NCBI GenBank assembly: GCA_012295275.1 | Contig: CM022671.1 | Span: 35,030,001-35,094,000 of the forward strand | DNA from: Chrysomallon squamiferum | Taxonomy: Eukaryota; Animalia; Mollusca | Direction: 5' to 3' | Length of the DNA stretch: 64,000 nucleotides | Shown here: positions 42,571 through 57,097 of the stretch, piece after piece | How positions within the stretch are numbered: position 1 is the first letter of the stretch | Layout of the letters: every line of letters begins with the position of its first letter | Notes under the pieces: generated by a model | What the model was told of the DNA's origin: nothing | The model's input: only the letters and a program-made list of their open reading frames with translations | Databases searched by the model: none | Translations under genes and position numbers: made by a program

Positions 42571-43259
42571 GCATCAAAGTAACAATACATTTTACTTGTT
42601 TTTTTTCAAGCATTAGAAGTATGCCAAATATATTTAGACTATTTTTTTAACATCACAAATGCACAACTTTAATTTAAAAAGCAAAGGAAAGTTTCATGCA
42701 TTTAACAAAATTCGATAAACATATCTTAAACTAAAAAGTAAATAAACAATACAGATCGTAAAGTTATAAAGTTATAAAACAAGAGAAAAAATGTATTTAT
42801 ATTTGCTAATCTCTCTCTCTCTCATAATGAGTTTGGTTTATATATAAAGAATAACACAGCACATACATATTAAAGAATGTTCAATAAAAATGCATCATGG
42901 CACCCTTCATATATTTAGTTTGAATTTAAATACACAGAGTTCGCAAATTACCATCATTTCCCAAAGTTGAAAAAATAACCCAGATATTAATAATAATAAT
43001 AATAATAACAACAATAATGTCTATAATTCTAAACCGGTTTCAAAACTGTCTTAAGAAATTATGTGTTTTTTTTGTTTTGTTTTGGGTTTTTTTCACAAAA
43101 AAACTTTATATTTTAATTAATATTAAAGGGACATGGTTTGTCATTATGATGAAATAATCAACATCATATGTGAATTAAAAAAGTACTAAAATAAATACAC
43201 TGATGAGAAATCTTAGCAATAATTTTGCAGTGTCATCAAAATTATCTTAAAGCGATATG

Positions 43260-43298
<39 letters not shown>

Positions 43299-43444
43299 AA
43301 GAATGAATATCATTAAAGAAAGATATTATATAAATATTATGATACTACGATAATCATACAAATACCCTGACACTTGTTAGAACGGCTACAATCTAGTGAA
43401 CTGAACGACAGTATCAAATATTATAAAATATTGATGATAACACG

Positions 43445-44995
43445 TTAAACTTTGAGACTAGCCTCCACTTGAAGTTCTATCAGATCCACTAATCGCAATC
43501 TACCTTTACATTCACCTCGGTAGATGCGATTTATTTCTGTATTGCATGCTTTAAATGGTATGTCTATCCTCTCCACAAGCACCTTGGAAATGAGGTAATC
43601 CAAAGCACACATTTTCCTGTTTGTGTGTTCGAGCTGTCCACCTTGTTTTTCTTTCATCTCGTCATCATCTTCCGCATTATCCTCTTTTTGTTCTCCCTCC
43701 TCCTTGTCAGAATCCCACACGCTGGTCTTGCTGATGAGATACGGGTTCGATCTACGAAGCAAAGAACTTAATGTCTCGCTCGAAGCTGACGGAGGCAAGA
43801 TTTCGAATTTTGGCACCAGGTTGATTTCTGTCCGGTTCGCTTTGTTTAGCCTGTCTTGCTGATTTTTGTTGGTGTCATCGTCGACAAGCCAGTTTTGGCA
43901 GCCGTTTTTATCTGCTTGATCACAGTGCCGTTTGCCAGCAGATGGAGCGCTGTCGTTGTCGTCGTATTCCAAAACGTCTGACGTGAACTGTCGCTTCAGA
44001 TATTGCTTGTAACACAAACCCGCGGCTGGAGACCAGAGACCGTTCTCAGTTTGTTTGGGATAAGTTGATTCGTCTGTGGCATCAGTGGCATACGTAACTG
44101 ACAAGGACTGTTCTTCACTGGGTAAGGAAGCTAGATGGTTCCTCTGACTAGAATACCGTACATGTTCTTCCCGAGCTTCATCCTCAACCTTAGCTGCACT
44201 GTCCGCTGTGTAGGAATCTGCAGCCTGAGAGACAGAATCTGTGCTACCTACTGGAGAAGAAACCCGTTTTGAGCCAGATCCGCGAAATTTCGAAGAACTC
44301 GATTCGTAATACTTTCCTGTATCCATGCAAACAAAGGTTAATTTCTCTACATCACGATTATTTCCATGTCTCAAGCTTTTATTAATGTTTCGTTCAATGA
44401 ACGAAGTTTCATAATCTTGTCTGAAAGGTCCCCGGGGGGACGTTGAATTGTGATAATATAGAGATCGTCTGTTCGGCGATTCGCATTCATAAACAACATC
44501 AGAATATTCCCTTTCCAAAACAGGCACAAGTGGCTGTCGTATGTCGTAAGTGATACTGTTAGTGGAGGGAAAGGTGGACAACGGAACATCCTTACTGAAA
44601 CTGTTTTGAGAAACGCCTGTCATTGGAGGCGAATCTCGAACGGGAGATCGTGTTGTAGCGTTCCGTATATCTGGCACTGAGTAACGTTTATAAAGTGAAG
44701 TTGGTACGGGAGATTTCTTCAAATAGCCGCTCCAGTCCCGTTTGGTCGTTAAAATATTTTGCTCGTCTGCCGCATCTGAACCTTGTTTGACTTTATCTAC
44801 GTCGACGGCGGACAACTCATCGCTGGACGGGTCTGCTTCATCTTGATTTTCACTCTCAGCCAAAGTGCACGCGCACGACTTCACCATGCACAGTGGACTG
44901 TCGTTGCTCGGGTGTGGCTTTTTCGGACGAGTGTTCACCTTCATACTGAGATCAAGTGGTTCTTCTGAGAACCATTGTTCTTTATAAGATTCCAT
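43445..44995 (-). CDS. Uncharacterised 516-aa, largely disordered protein with PLDLS (CtBP-binding), LxxLL and two CoRNR-like motifs; putative nuclear-receptor corepressor
   Basis: A 1551-nt uninterrupted ORF with coding-like GC in an AT-rich background. A pyrimidine-rich CAG acceptor lies upstream (exon starts 45079). Motifs are PLDLS at aa 13-17, LSSLL at 43757-43771, LDYLISKVL at 43577-43603 and LVDLIELQV at 43466-43492. The coding call is solid; the function is inferred. Confidence 0.8.
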   Translation of the reverse strand: MESYKEQWFSEEPLDLSMKVNTRPKKPHPSNDSPLCMVKSCACTLAESENQDEADPSSDELSAVDVDKVKQGSDAADEQNILTTKRDWSGYLKKSPVPTSLYKRYSVPDIRNATTRSPVRDSPPMTGVSQNSFSKDVPLSTFPSTNSITYDIRQPLVPVLEREYSDVVYECESPNRRSLYYHNSTSPRGPFRQDYETSFIERNINKSLRHGNNRDVEKLTFVCMDTGKYYESSSSKFRGSGSKRVSSPVGSTDSVSQAADSYTADSAAKVEDEAREEHVRYSSQRNHLASLPSEEQSLSVTYATDATDESTYPKQTENGLWSPAAGLCYKQYLKRQFTSDVLEYDDNDSAPSAGKRHCDQADKNGCQNWLVDDDTNKNQQDRLNKANRTEINLVPKFEILPPSASSETLSSLLRRSNPYLISKTSVWDSDKEEGEQKEDNAEDDDEMKEKQGGQLEHTNRKMCALDYLISKVLVERIDIPFKACNTEINRIYRGECKGRLRLVDLIELQVEASLKV

Positions 44996-45198
44996 TGAAC
45001 AATTGCACTGAACCCGGCACGTGGTCGTTCTGCTGCGGCGTCTCGTCTCTTCGCGTGTGAATAGATTATCTGTTCGTATCTGTAAACAGAGAGAAAGTCA
45101 AATTATTCTTTACATTTGCTCCAAACAATTTGTAATGAAACTAAAATATTAATTACAAATTCAAGTATGCGTAAAACAGATGATTATTGATAGTTTAA

Positions 45199-45231
<33 letters not shown>

Positions 45232-47044
45232 ACCTTTTCTCCAACGATGCATACACATAATTTGTGGAAAAATTAAAAAATTAGTTACTGGCGGGCGTGA
45301 GCCCGGATTGTGGAAAAACCAGCAAATAAAATGATTCTCACGCGTTTTTACATGCTCTACATTTTATTTAGCAATACGACAGATAGAATATGCATCACTG
45401 CGTATTGCTTCAATAAATAAATAAATAAATAAGTTATGTACAATTTTCAAAATATTTACGTAAAGACCAATGATAAATAATACAGTTTAGAATCTGCAAG
45501 TGAAAATGATTTTTTTACAAACAGTGTATTTACACATTACTTAATACTTAGGCTTATCTAATTTGTAACCTTTGATGGCCAGAAATAATGATGATGGAGA
45601 TGACGATGTTGATGATGATGATTATATATATAATCCGAGAAATACAGAAAAATAATAGAAACAAAAAGCAAAGAAAATATGAAACGAATAAAAAAATAAA
45701 AATAAAAATAAAACAACATCGCGAAATTTCGCACGTTCTCTCGTCTATAAAAAAATATTAGTACAGATTTTTTTTCACTCCCTGGATTTAGAATAAGCGT
45801 TGAAATGTTTATCTTTACACATTCTGTCTACATTATTTATGCTGTAAATGAAACGGTCTTGTTATGTTATAAAAAAACAGGTCTAGGATATTGCAGCCTC
45901 TGACACCTAGTTACAGCGTAACCCTCAATATTAGACACTCTAAAGTTGAAGACATTACAACGGAACATTAATTTATTCCAATTCTTATTTACTTATTTAT
46001 TTATTAAAAATACTTCAAACCAACTAAAGCTCAAACTGAGAATTACTGTTTTAAATAACAAAAAATCAGTCTTTAAGATAATATGACTTGCCTATTTTTT
46101 GACGTCTGATAAATATGTTATGAAATCTTTTCCCATCTTTTAGCCTTACTACAAACTTAATACATCATCAAAGATATAAATTTTGACTACATGTTTAAAA
46201 TGTCAAATGTAATCACATACTTTGCTTGGCATGCTCTTTGTTCAGCAAATTAAAAAAAAAAAAATTATGATATCTTTATACATCTATTCATGTTACATTA
46301 TTGTAATTAATCTTAAAACATACGGATCGTGTCTAGTACTTTCATGTTACTACTCGTATATAAATATATGCTTTATGACAGAAGAAAAAAAAATAAAATA
46401 TTGGCCTTTATTTCATACCTTCATCTGCAAAAAATAAAATAAAAGATAAAAGAAACCATATCACAACACCTGCTGGCATAGCTACCAATATTATACGGCA
46501 TTTAAATATTTTGTTTAATTAATTTAAATAAAATAAATAAATAAATAAATAAACAAATAATTTAAAATAAAATACAAAAAAAATAATGAAATTAATAATA
46601 ACAACAACAACAACAAAACAATAATAATAATAATAACAACATATTAAAACAAATAAAATAAAAATAAAACGAAACAAAACAACTAAAGAGAGACCGTGAT
46701 GCTTGTCGTGTTCTCAGGAAACGTTATCAAACCTTTTTGCATGTACTGGCATTAAAACGAAGGCGGGAAAAGCAAATGCAGACGCTAGCTGTCAGCTTGC
46801 TCGAGGGTACTAACCTATGAGATTGGAATGGCTAAAAATGTTTATCTCGAGTATCGTGTACGGTGTATATTTCTGATCGTGATGGCATTATCCCAGTATT
46901 AATGAAAATTACCTCTGTAGAAAAAGTATCCTGTCTGGCCTTTTTAAAGGGCAAAATATAATATGGTGAACAGAAATAAACTATTATTATTATTGCTGAC
47001 GATGATCACGGTAATGATGATATTGATTATTATTATTAGTAGTA

Positions 47045-47093
<49 letters not shown>

Positions 47094-47464
47094 GTACAGT
47101 TATTGAAATTATGAAACATTAATACAAAAATACAATTTAATGCAACATTTTCGAAAATATATAGTTAAAACGTAATTAACATTTTAATTTTGCATACTGT
47201 TTTAAAATCTGCAAAAAATCGCTATTATTTAGTTATTTATTTATTTATTAAAATGTGACGGATAAGAACACTGAAATGATCTGATAGTTATGGCTTTCAT
47301 CAACACACATACTCACGCACACACCCACATTCCATACTCACGCGCACACCCACATTCCACATTCATCATTACACACAAAAACAATTTTAGTTTTATCAGC
47401 GCGCCAGATTCGATATAATACGAATCAACTATTTACCCCGCGATACACACAGACAACCACGCAC

Positions 47465-47608
47465 AGGGTCGACCTTTTGACCCCTGGAACGTGGAAGCGC
47501 ACAACCGGAGTTTACCCAACAGGTGAACACCGATTCGCAATAAAAGTACAGGTGACCCCGTGGGTCAACGATTTAACGACGTTTGCAGCTAAGGTCATAG
47601 GCGGGTCA
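47465..47608. promoter_or_regulatory. Nuclear-receptor element cluster: DR2 (47470-47483), ER3 (47553-47567), DR5 AGGTCA-taggc-GGGTCA (47592-47608)
   Basis: Six RGGTCA/RGGTCG half-sites fall within ~145 bp of a GC-elevated island 2.4 kb upstream of the 516-aa coding exon. Confidence 0.65.
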
Positions 47609-47774
47609 AGCGAATAGCAAAAGCCATCAAACTGGGTTTATAAATAATTCCACAGTTACACACACAAACACACACACACACACACACGCATAAAGATACA
47701 CACACAAACTTTATTCTGAATATTTTATTTCCTTTACGTTCACGTTGTTTTTTTTTTTTTTTTTTTGTTATTTG

Positions 47775-47814
<40 letters not shown>

Positions 47815-47955
47815 TTTATGAAGCTGGTCAACTAATAAAGACGTAATATTCATCGATTTATCAATCGTTTAATCAATAAAACTTAGTCTAGGAAATCGAC
47901 ACTATCCAAACTATTTAACAGCTCTAGTATGATGCTGTGATTTGAATAATGAATG

Positions 47956-47998
<43 letters not shown>

Positions 47999-48505
47999 TT
48001 CTTTTGTAAATAACTGACTGACGTAATTTATTCAAACATAACAATGTCCTACTTAAAATCTATTATTACATATTAGCCAATAGAACAACGTGTTACCAAC
48101 GGTATTATGTCATAAGTATGACACGTGTCAGATGTCAGCTGGTTCAATAGCAATGTACTTTAGCTGTGTTCCAAAATCGGGACACCGATGTCGGAAAGTA
48201 CAACCCCAACAGAAATGATGGCTAAATTTAGAAAATATGTAACGTGTTTACGAACAGGCAGTCACGCCTCTCAAAATAAGAGAACGTTAAAATTTTATTA
48301 TTACTAAATTTATTTATTTATTTTATAATTATTATTATTATTACTTCTTTTTCTTTTTGTCAGTCATTCGCAGACATCAGCAATGTCGTAATAATGTACT
48401 CATATAAAAAATGAAATTATATTTAAGGACTTTTATATCGAACAGCGCAGAATTAAAACTTTTATTTAACTCTCTTTGTGCATTTATATGTTCGAAACAT
48501 GCAGT

Positions 48506-48554
<49 letters not shown>

Positions 48555-50772
48555 CTCATGACAATATTGTAAGTAAATAATCGAGTTCCCTGCTGTTATA
48601 TTTATTGTATTAAGCACATATGTAAAATATTTAACAGTTCTGTCTTAAATGGATGACTGTCTATATTTAGTTACAAATAGAATGTATTAATGACCAGTCA
48701 TTCGGAACAATACGCATGAGTAAAGACGAACTTTTTTCTTTAATAATTTAAAAAAAAAAAAAAAATTGTTGAATGCTTGCACTTAGATGACCGGAGTTTT
48801 AAGGAACGGATCCAGAATTTCACAAATGGGGTGAATCCGCACCCCTCATTTTATATATTTTAAACACGCACGAATAACTACGCATCGGTTAACGATCGAT
48901 AGTTTGGGGATCGCTTCTAAACAGCGGCTCAAAGAGAAGAGAGATGTTTAAGGTTTGCCTTTAGCTTATAAATATTCTGTTATCACAAAATAATGGTAGT
49001 TTTAAATAACATTAGGAAGGAAAGAATAAAAAACGAAGAGAATTATTATTTTTAATTTGTTTTTCTTTATTTTTGACAAAATTAATAGGAAAGAGAAAAT
49101 AAATAAACATGGCCTGTAACACCAATAAATATGTAAAGTTATTAATCAGATTTTATTACCGTTATTCGAAAAGATTAATATAATAGCACAGTAGTAAAGA
49201 TAAAAGTGGTAACCAGGCAACATCTGTTAGCAAAATTATAATAGTAATTAACTTCTACAGTTTTTCATATTATTACAGCAGAATCTTTCATATAAGGTAA
49301 TTCATAAAAATTTTAAAATAAATATATAAAAAGAATATAAATTACTTCTACCGTGTACCAAGTATAATTAATATTAGTGATACAAGTAAACATAAAATCA
49401 TACGAAATGTCAACATTTTCATTTGCACATGTATATTTAATAGAGCGTGTAAAATGTATAAATATTTAAGTTTATCAGGGCATTTCTATTCATGAAAATG
49501 TGGAAGCTGATGAAGATTAATCAAAAATGTATCCACACACAAAAACGTACTCACGAGAGAGAGAGAGAGAGACTGAGTAATTCAAATAATTTTGCTCATC
49601 GATTCGTTTTCACTTTAATTTCTTTCTGCAGATTATATCCATTACAATAATAACGCATCTGCCTGTTTCAGAATCTTCGATTCACTGAGAAACTCTATCA
49701 TTTTCCCCTCTTTTCCCTTTTTACGTGTGTGAACAAACGTAATCCACCATCCCTTGATTGTGTTGGTTATTACAGTTAGTCCACGAAAGATATCGGTGAG
49801 ACGAAAAAAGCTGCTCAGTCAACAGATTGTACAACGAAATATTCGTATAACTATCAATACACAACAAATACGAAATGATGAACAACAACGATATGAAAAA
49901 AAAAAACACCCTTACCTTGCTAAATGTAAGTCGAACGAAAGAAAACAACAGTTACCAAACGATTCCCTCTCTCTCTTCTCTGGTCGCAAGGCTAACGACC
50001 TACTATAGCGAAAAACCTGTTAACAAGAGTTCAACGCCCTCGATCTTCACCGACATACTTCCGGCTTGTACCGGCTGACAGAATATATCTGTACAACGAA
50101 GGAAAACGCGCAGTTTTCCAAAACATGTCTGTTTTAACACAATGACGTTCATCGGTCGAATTATTATTATAATTATGCGATGATACTGAGGTTGGATAAG
50201 TCAGGAATGTGATTTTTAAACCTGAAGTTACTTTAGTCAATGTTTTTATGTAACAGCAATTACAATCAAAATGAAATATATTAAATATTTTAAATGAATT
50301 GAATCACTGTTTAAAATAAAATAAGAAATCATTAATCTTAAGTGTATGTGTGTTGCAGACCGAAAGACTAAATTATAAAAATCATTAATCTATTAAATTA
50401 ATTACTATATGGTGTGCTATATTTGCGTATTCAATTTTCAAATATTTACACCGCCTCTATCTGCTGGCTGTGTTAAAATGCTTAGTAATTTTTTTTAATA
50501 CTTTCTTGTTTTGTTTTTAACTATTTATTATAACCAATAAGCAAATAAATAAATAAAAGAAATACATTTTAAAGGAAGATATAAAAAGAAACCCATACTA
50601 TCTCAGTATGGGGGAGTGAATAATAATAATAAAAGTATAATTCAACGAAATACACAAAATAAACGAATAATTTAAGAAATATTAAACGTGCTCGGTAAAT
50701 AATTTACAAAATACAAACTTCTCCTGTAAAACGTAATTTTGAAAGTGCCAAAATAAAAATCATTCCGTGCGA

Positions 50773-50806
<34 letters not shown>

Positions 50807-51285
50807 AATGAAAAAAAAAAAAAAAAAAAAAAAAAAAAGAAAAATGAAATAAAATCCCCAAAGTAAAAGAAATGTACGTAAATTTAAAAAATAACAACTT
50901 CAAAAATAAGTAATCTGTCAGATGGAAAGACTTATATAAAACATTATTAAAACAGTGTATATATAACAACAACGGCATATAATTAACAAAACAACTACAA
51001 AAAAAAAAAAAAAAAAAAAAAAGAAAAAAAAGAGGAAAAATAGTAATAACTATCTGACTAACTAAATAAATAAATAAATCTGTTAAAACAAAATGATAAA
51101 CAAAAAAATAAATAAATAAATAAATTATATTAAATAAAATTAAATTAAATACCACAAAACAACTTAATAACGTTAACGAAAACTACTTTAAAAAGATGTA
51201 AACATTAAACTGATCAAATAAATAAAACATAACGAACCAACGAACCAAAACATTTCTGTTTATTTACTGCGCAACTTATTTCTTA

Positions 51286-51318
<33 letters not shown>

Positions 51319-51826
51319 TCTTTTTATATTTTATGTAACTGACATGTGACAACGTTTCAACAATATAAATTATAAAAAAAAAAAAAAAAAGACTAATGGA
51401 AAACATGACACTTATGTGACGTATATATGGACAAAAAGAAAAAAAGGAAAAAGAAAAGAAAGCCAGCCTACGCAAAAACACAGCGAAACCTCCATGACTT
51501 TAGTCGGTCACAGCGTTGTTACAAAGTTCACGGGAAATGGTTAATTGGATGCAAAACTATTCGTGCCGATTCCAGTGTGTGTATCTATGCGTGGTTTATA
51601 CGAATGACAGAATAAGAAGAAAGAATGAAAGAGTGTGAGAAGGAGAGAGAAAAAAAAAAAAAAAAAACAGATGAAGAAAGCGAGAATTAGTGACCAAAAA
51701 AATTTTATATAACTGATGAGAAAGAGAATAAAAAAGAGAAACAAATGAAAATAATATAAAATACGAGTGTTAATGATGAGAGGGAAAAGACAAAAACGCA
51801 TTAAAGAAAGACAAAGAAAAACGAAA

Positions 51827-51888
<62 letters not shown>

Positions 51889-52110
51889 ACGAGAAACGGA
51901 GAGAAAACGTCATGGATGTGTAAAAGAACGAATAATAGAAAAAGAAAGTAAGTGAAACCAGTAGATATATATTTTTTAATATTAACCGGTATAATTATTA
52001 TTTTAATGAACGTTTGGTGTTAATCCTAATTATTTATAACTAAGAATAAGCTAAAATCTGGTGTGAGGAAGTCACGTTCTCGCCTTTCAAACATGTTGGA
52101 TGATTCTTCT

Positions 52111-52315
52111 GATTATCAGCAAGGTATCTTTTTCTGTAGATTTTCTCATTAGCTGGGAACAACATCCACTCGCTTTTGACGCGGAGCATTCGTTAGAATG
52201 GGAATAACTCAGCAGATTATCAGCAAGGTATCTTTACAAAGGATTTTTACATAGACTAGCGAGTATATAAAACAGCTTTTATACAACACATGCAGAGCAT
52301 TTCCTGGATTGGGAA
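52111..52315. repeat. Two diverged ~100-bp tandem units beginning GATTATCAGCAAGGTATCTTT; probable old interspersed-repeat fragments
   Basis: An identical 21-mer occurs at 52111 and 52215, and the tails are similar (GAGCATT...TGGGAA). Confidence 0.6.
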
Positions 52316-52359
52316 AAAAACGAATGTATTCTTTGACAACTAATTGCGCATGTCCACGA

Positions 52360-52426
<67 letters not shown>

Positions 52427-53081
52427 ATATATTAATTTATAATAAAATCATATCTTAGGATCTTTCTACATCTTAATTTTTATGCGTTGCCATAATTATC
52501 TTTAATCCAAGCGTGGGCACAAAACTTCTTAAATGCTATTAAATATTTATATTTTACATCTGATCTCATTAATTCTGTTATTCCAAAGTTTCTTACTTTG
52601 CGATATTCGTGTTATATCAACTAAAAATAGACGATCGATTGCTGCCAGTGTTATCCACAAAGGAAACTATTTAATAGGAACAATAATGAGATAAATATTC
52701 AACAAATAGTTTTATGATCGTCCTTCACCTTCGTTTTATCTACCGCTATGTGTCCAAAACCTAATATTTGAAGGTAAATTATATCTATGTAATATGAATA
52801 TGGTTGTAAGACTGAGGTACACGTATAGCTTTACAGAAAGTTTAGAAAACCGAGAATGCTAAAAAGACTGACATAATCTGCGATTCCAGGTTTTCATGAA
52901 AGGAACATTGTGTCGCTACTGTTAATGGCGAGAGCATTTCTTTGAATGAGTGTGTGTGTGTGTGTGTGTGAAAATATAATAATCATCATTTATAATTACA
53001 TATAATTGATTTTCAATTTGGAACCACTACTGATCAAGAATTTTTCTTTGCCACTGTAGTTATAAAAAAATATATATAAAA

Positions 53082-53112
<31 letters not shown>

Positions 53113-53261
53113 TGTTACTGTTACATTTGAATAATTAGACTTTTTACTCCGATTTTACTATTTATATTAAACAAATAAATACAAACACAAAAACACAATA
53201 ATAAATGAAAATAAATAAAATATATATTATATTAATTTTAATCACACACACACACACACAC

Positions 53262-53310
<49 letters not shown>

Positions 53311-54599
53311 GTAATTCTATCCTACTAAGATATAAAAAAAAATAATTATGAATAAGAAAATGTTTTTAAATATCCTAAATCCTCAAATGGCATTTAACAT
53401 ATTTAATTTTTTTTTTTTTTTTTTTTTTTTTTTTCGGGATTGGTTATCTAATGTAATCTTTCCAGAAAATATGACCGTTTCGAAGTACAGTACAAAATAA
53501 CACCGTATTAGGTCGATAAGAGATTTTATTCACTGGAATTTCAGTATATCCCTACCAGTTGCTTAGAAGCAATGACTGATTACGAATCACCAGAATAAGC
53601 ACTTAAAGCAGAAATAAAAATGTCACCAACACTAGCCCGCCGAAAGTCTAGGATTAATATCGGCAGAAATAATAATGGCGGAACATGTATAATTAAAATA
53701 GATAAGAAGGATTTAGATTATTTGTTTTTCCCTTCATTCTGACCGATGTAGGTGGTAAAAAAATATATAAAAAAATAATAATGATAATAAATTAAAGAAG
53801 AACGAGGGGAAAAAAAAAAAAAAAAGGAAGTAAAAACAAAAAGTGAAGAATAAAAATAAAAGGTTAACGTTAATAATTATAATATACGACCTATCTTGGT
53901 GAAATCATTGGTTCAGGACAGTAAAGGCGTGCTTTGCCAGATTATAACTACTACTACTACTATTAAAGAAAAAGAACATGGACACAAGCTGAAGTCCGAG
54001 CTATAAACAAACAAGGATGTGTACACTTTACCTCACAGTAAAAATATTTAGTAACAGCTGGTTTCTCCTCTGTTGTGATTGCCTTATTTGAATACCATTC
54101 TAATATAATTGATAACCAAAAGCAATATATATGACAGCGTCAACAATAGTTATAGTAATTTCGTTCAAAATTAATAAATTAATGCATGTGTGTGAGAGTG
54201 CGCGAGATAAACAGATGTAGAAAAGATATAATAGAATATTTATATATATGTACACACACACACACACACATACAGCCAGCAGAAAATAAGAGCCAACAGG
54301 CGGAGTATTTGACTAATTCCTTTCCTCTGAAAGGCATTACAGAAAAGATTTGTAATCAACAATGTTTTTATTTACGATGATGTTGTTTGATTTAAAAACA
54401 GTTTAGGACTGGAAATAATTATCATGTTTATTTATTTATTTATTTATTTATTTTAAATAGCTGAACAATTCTGATATTCAGATAAACAGAAAAGAAAAAA
54501 AAAAAAAAAAAAAAAAAAAAAACCCAGAAGACTCCCTTTAAAATAATAATAAAATTAATAATAATTTAAAGATAAATTAATAAAAACAAATTTTAAAAA

Positions 54600-55130
54600 T
54601 GTAATCAATCATTTTGAAATTAAATGAAATCGCTAATTTTAAATATTTTGTAACTAAAATAAATGATAAAATTAGATAAATCGTCAGTTTCGAATATTCA
54701 CAAATATAAAATAAATAAATAAATCACTATTTCTGATAAATAATTTAAAATAATGAAATCACTATGCAGTTTTAAGACAACTAATTTGAAATAAATAAAT
54801 CACTAATTCTAAAATAAGTAACGAATTAAATTAAAACATTACTAATCTGGAATAAATGTAAAAGTACCTAATTTGAAATATATAAATCACTAATTTAAAA
54901 AAAAGTAACTAATTAAATAATTATTTCTAAAATAAGTAACGAATTAAATCAAAACATTACTAACCTGGAATAAATTTAAAGGTTCCTAATTTGAAATATA
55001 TTTTTAAATCAGTCATTTGACATGAATTTAAAAATCAATAATTCGAAAAAGATCACCATTTGAAATAAATAATTTAAAATTAATTGGTCACTAATTTCAA
55101 AGAAAGAAATCATTAATTTGAAATATATTT
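54600..55130. repeat. Degenerate AT-rich tandem repeat (AAATCACTAATTTGAAATAAAT-like) with an internal ~115-bp-offset duplication
   Basis: TTCTAAAATAAGTAACGAATTAAAT...ACATTACTAA...TGGAATAAAT...CCTAATTTGAAATATA occurs at ~54807 and ~54925. Confidence 0.7.
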
Positions 55131-56651
55131 TTTTTTTTTTTTTTTTTTAAATCACTGTTTCGGAATATGTTGCTTCCATACTGTATTGCGATAAATGCGA
55201 TACGTAACATGATTCTCCATTCTTGTTTGATTTCGACATTTAGCACAAAGCTTAAAAATAGAATATATAAATATAAGAAAAAAATACGGGCAGTTTCTGA
55301 TAACCAAATTAGTTTGGCATACTTTCGAAAGGTTTAAGCGTATCTACGTTAAAAAATCATGCTTTTTATAAATTGTTCTTAAAAAATACATAAATAAGGA
55401 AATAAGGAAACAAAAAATAATAAATAAGTAAGAATTTAAAAAAAAAAAAAAAAAAACAGAAGAAAAAAGATGAAAGTGATGGAGATTCACGAAGAAAATC
55501 GTACACATGTCATAAACCAGTTGTTTTGAACCATATATATATTTTAAAATATTAATTTAGGTTCTATTCCTAGTCTTAATTTATCATCTGGATAAACTTC
55601 TGATCAGTTTTAATAAACATGGCTTGCTGAATCGGCAACTTATTAACTTTCATATAAATCGATATGTAATTAAATGCAAAAAAAAAAAACAGACCTTTAC
55701 TTTGCCGAATACATCGCTGTTTCCAAATTAGAGTCTATGTATGTACAGTCGTGTTTGTTAATTTAAATTGTCCGCGTATAACAATGGGAGTTTAAAAAAT
55801 ACAAATCAAACCTAGTACAAAGGCTTAGCTTTAGTTTCTCATGTATCGTGGCTTATTTAAAATGCACCAAAACGTCTAGAACATAGGGGTTATTTTCAAT
55901 TCGTGCGACCTCTGAACAACAAATCTCATAAAATCGGTGAACTGTAGAAAGAGGTCAAGCGACCGAACAAAAAACACTTACCTATGGCTCTCCTCAGCTA
56001 TGGCGCAATGTTCGCTTGAAAAATAGCCGATTAGAAAGAACAAAGGGGAAAACACACACAGACACAGCCGCAGAGAAAACACCTATGACGTCGTATAACG
56101 TAACTGCAAATGCGCCGGGATATAACTTCGAAAGCACGCTAAAAATAGAGAAAATGTCCTTAACGTTAGAAACAAAATTTAAAAAAAAAAAAAAAAAAAA
56201 ATGAAAAAAAAAATAGACTGAAAACTTACATATAAAGGTTTCTGTCTGGGAAAGCCGTGAACCGTCTGAAAAACACTACTTTCTGATAACAAAGAGAAAC
56301 AAAAATCTACGCAGGTCAACGACCGAATTATCGTCTGCTAAAGAAGTAAACGATTCGACGAGAATATTGATTGGTGTTACATAAAAACGAGGTATGACCC
56401 AGCAGTGATAACCCTGCCACATCCAGCAAGTTATTCAGAGTGAGGGGTTCTTTGGCGATCAACAAAAGATGTCTTGAATAAAGGGTAGGGGAAATTTGTA
56501 TGCTAAATACGCGCAGGCTGAAATAATATTTGAATCAAATAATAATCTGCCTTTAAGAAAGATGCTTATCTGATGCACAATGACCGTTTATCATGTACCG
56601 TTGGTGATATGAAGATATTGTCTGCTCTATATATTACATTCGAAGTACTGG

Positions 56652-56697
<46 letters not shown>

Positions 56698-57053
56698 TAT
56701 TTCTTCTTCTTCTTTTTTTTCTTTTTTCTTTTTTTAAAGAATTCAGTTTAAAATAAACACTTTTCTGAACTAACGATATCATCGGAACCAATTTCTCCAT
56801 TCTTCAAGTCATGACGTCACGAATCCTTATGTAAAATGGCGGCGTTCAAATAATGGATCACCAAAAGCAAAAAAAAAAAAATAATTCATAAATATATATA
56901 TAAAAAAATAATAATTAAAAAATTAATTTGAACTGTAGCAGGGACAATTTAATAAAAGAAGATAACACTCACACGCATGCACTAAAATACATCCCTCCAA
57001 ATCTTTTACCACTTTTCTTTTACAAAAGGAAAGTAAAGAAAGAAAACGTATAT

Positions 57054-57097
<44 letters not shown>

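Noticed and set aside
43445-44995. Assignment as LCoR/E93 or NCoR/SMRT orthologue
   Set aside because: No pipsqueak HTH or SANT domains are visible and only short linear motifs are shared, so no gene symbol was given.
50593-50613. CCCATACT/AGTATGGG hairpin as terminator or miRNA
   Set aside because: An 8-bp stem is too short for a pre-miRNA, and intrinsic terminators do not apply here.
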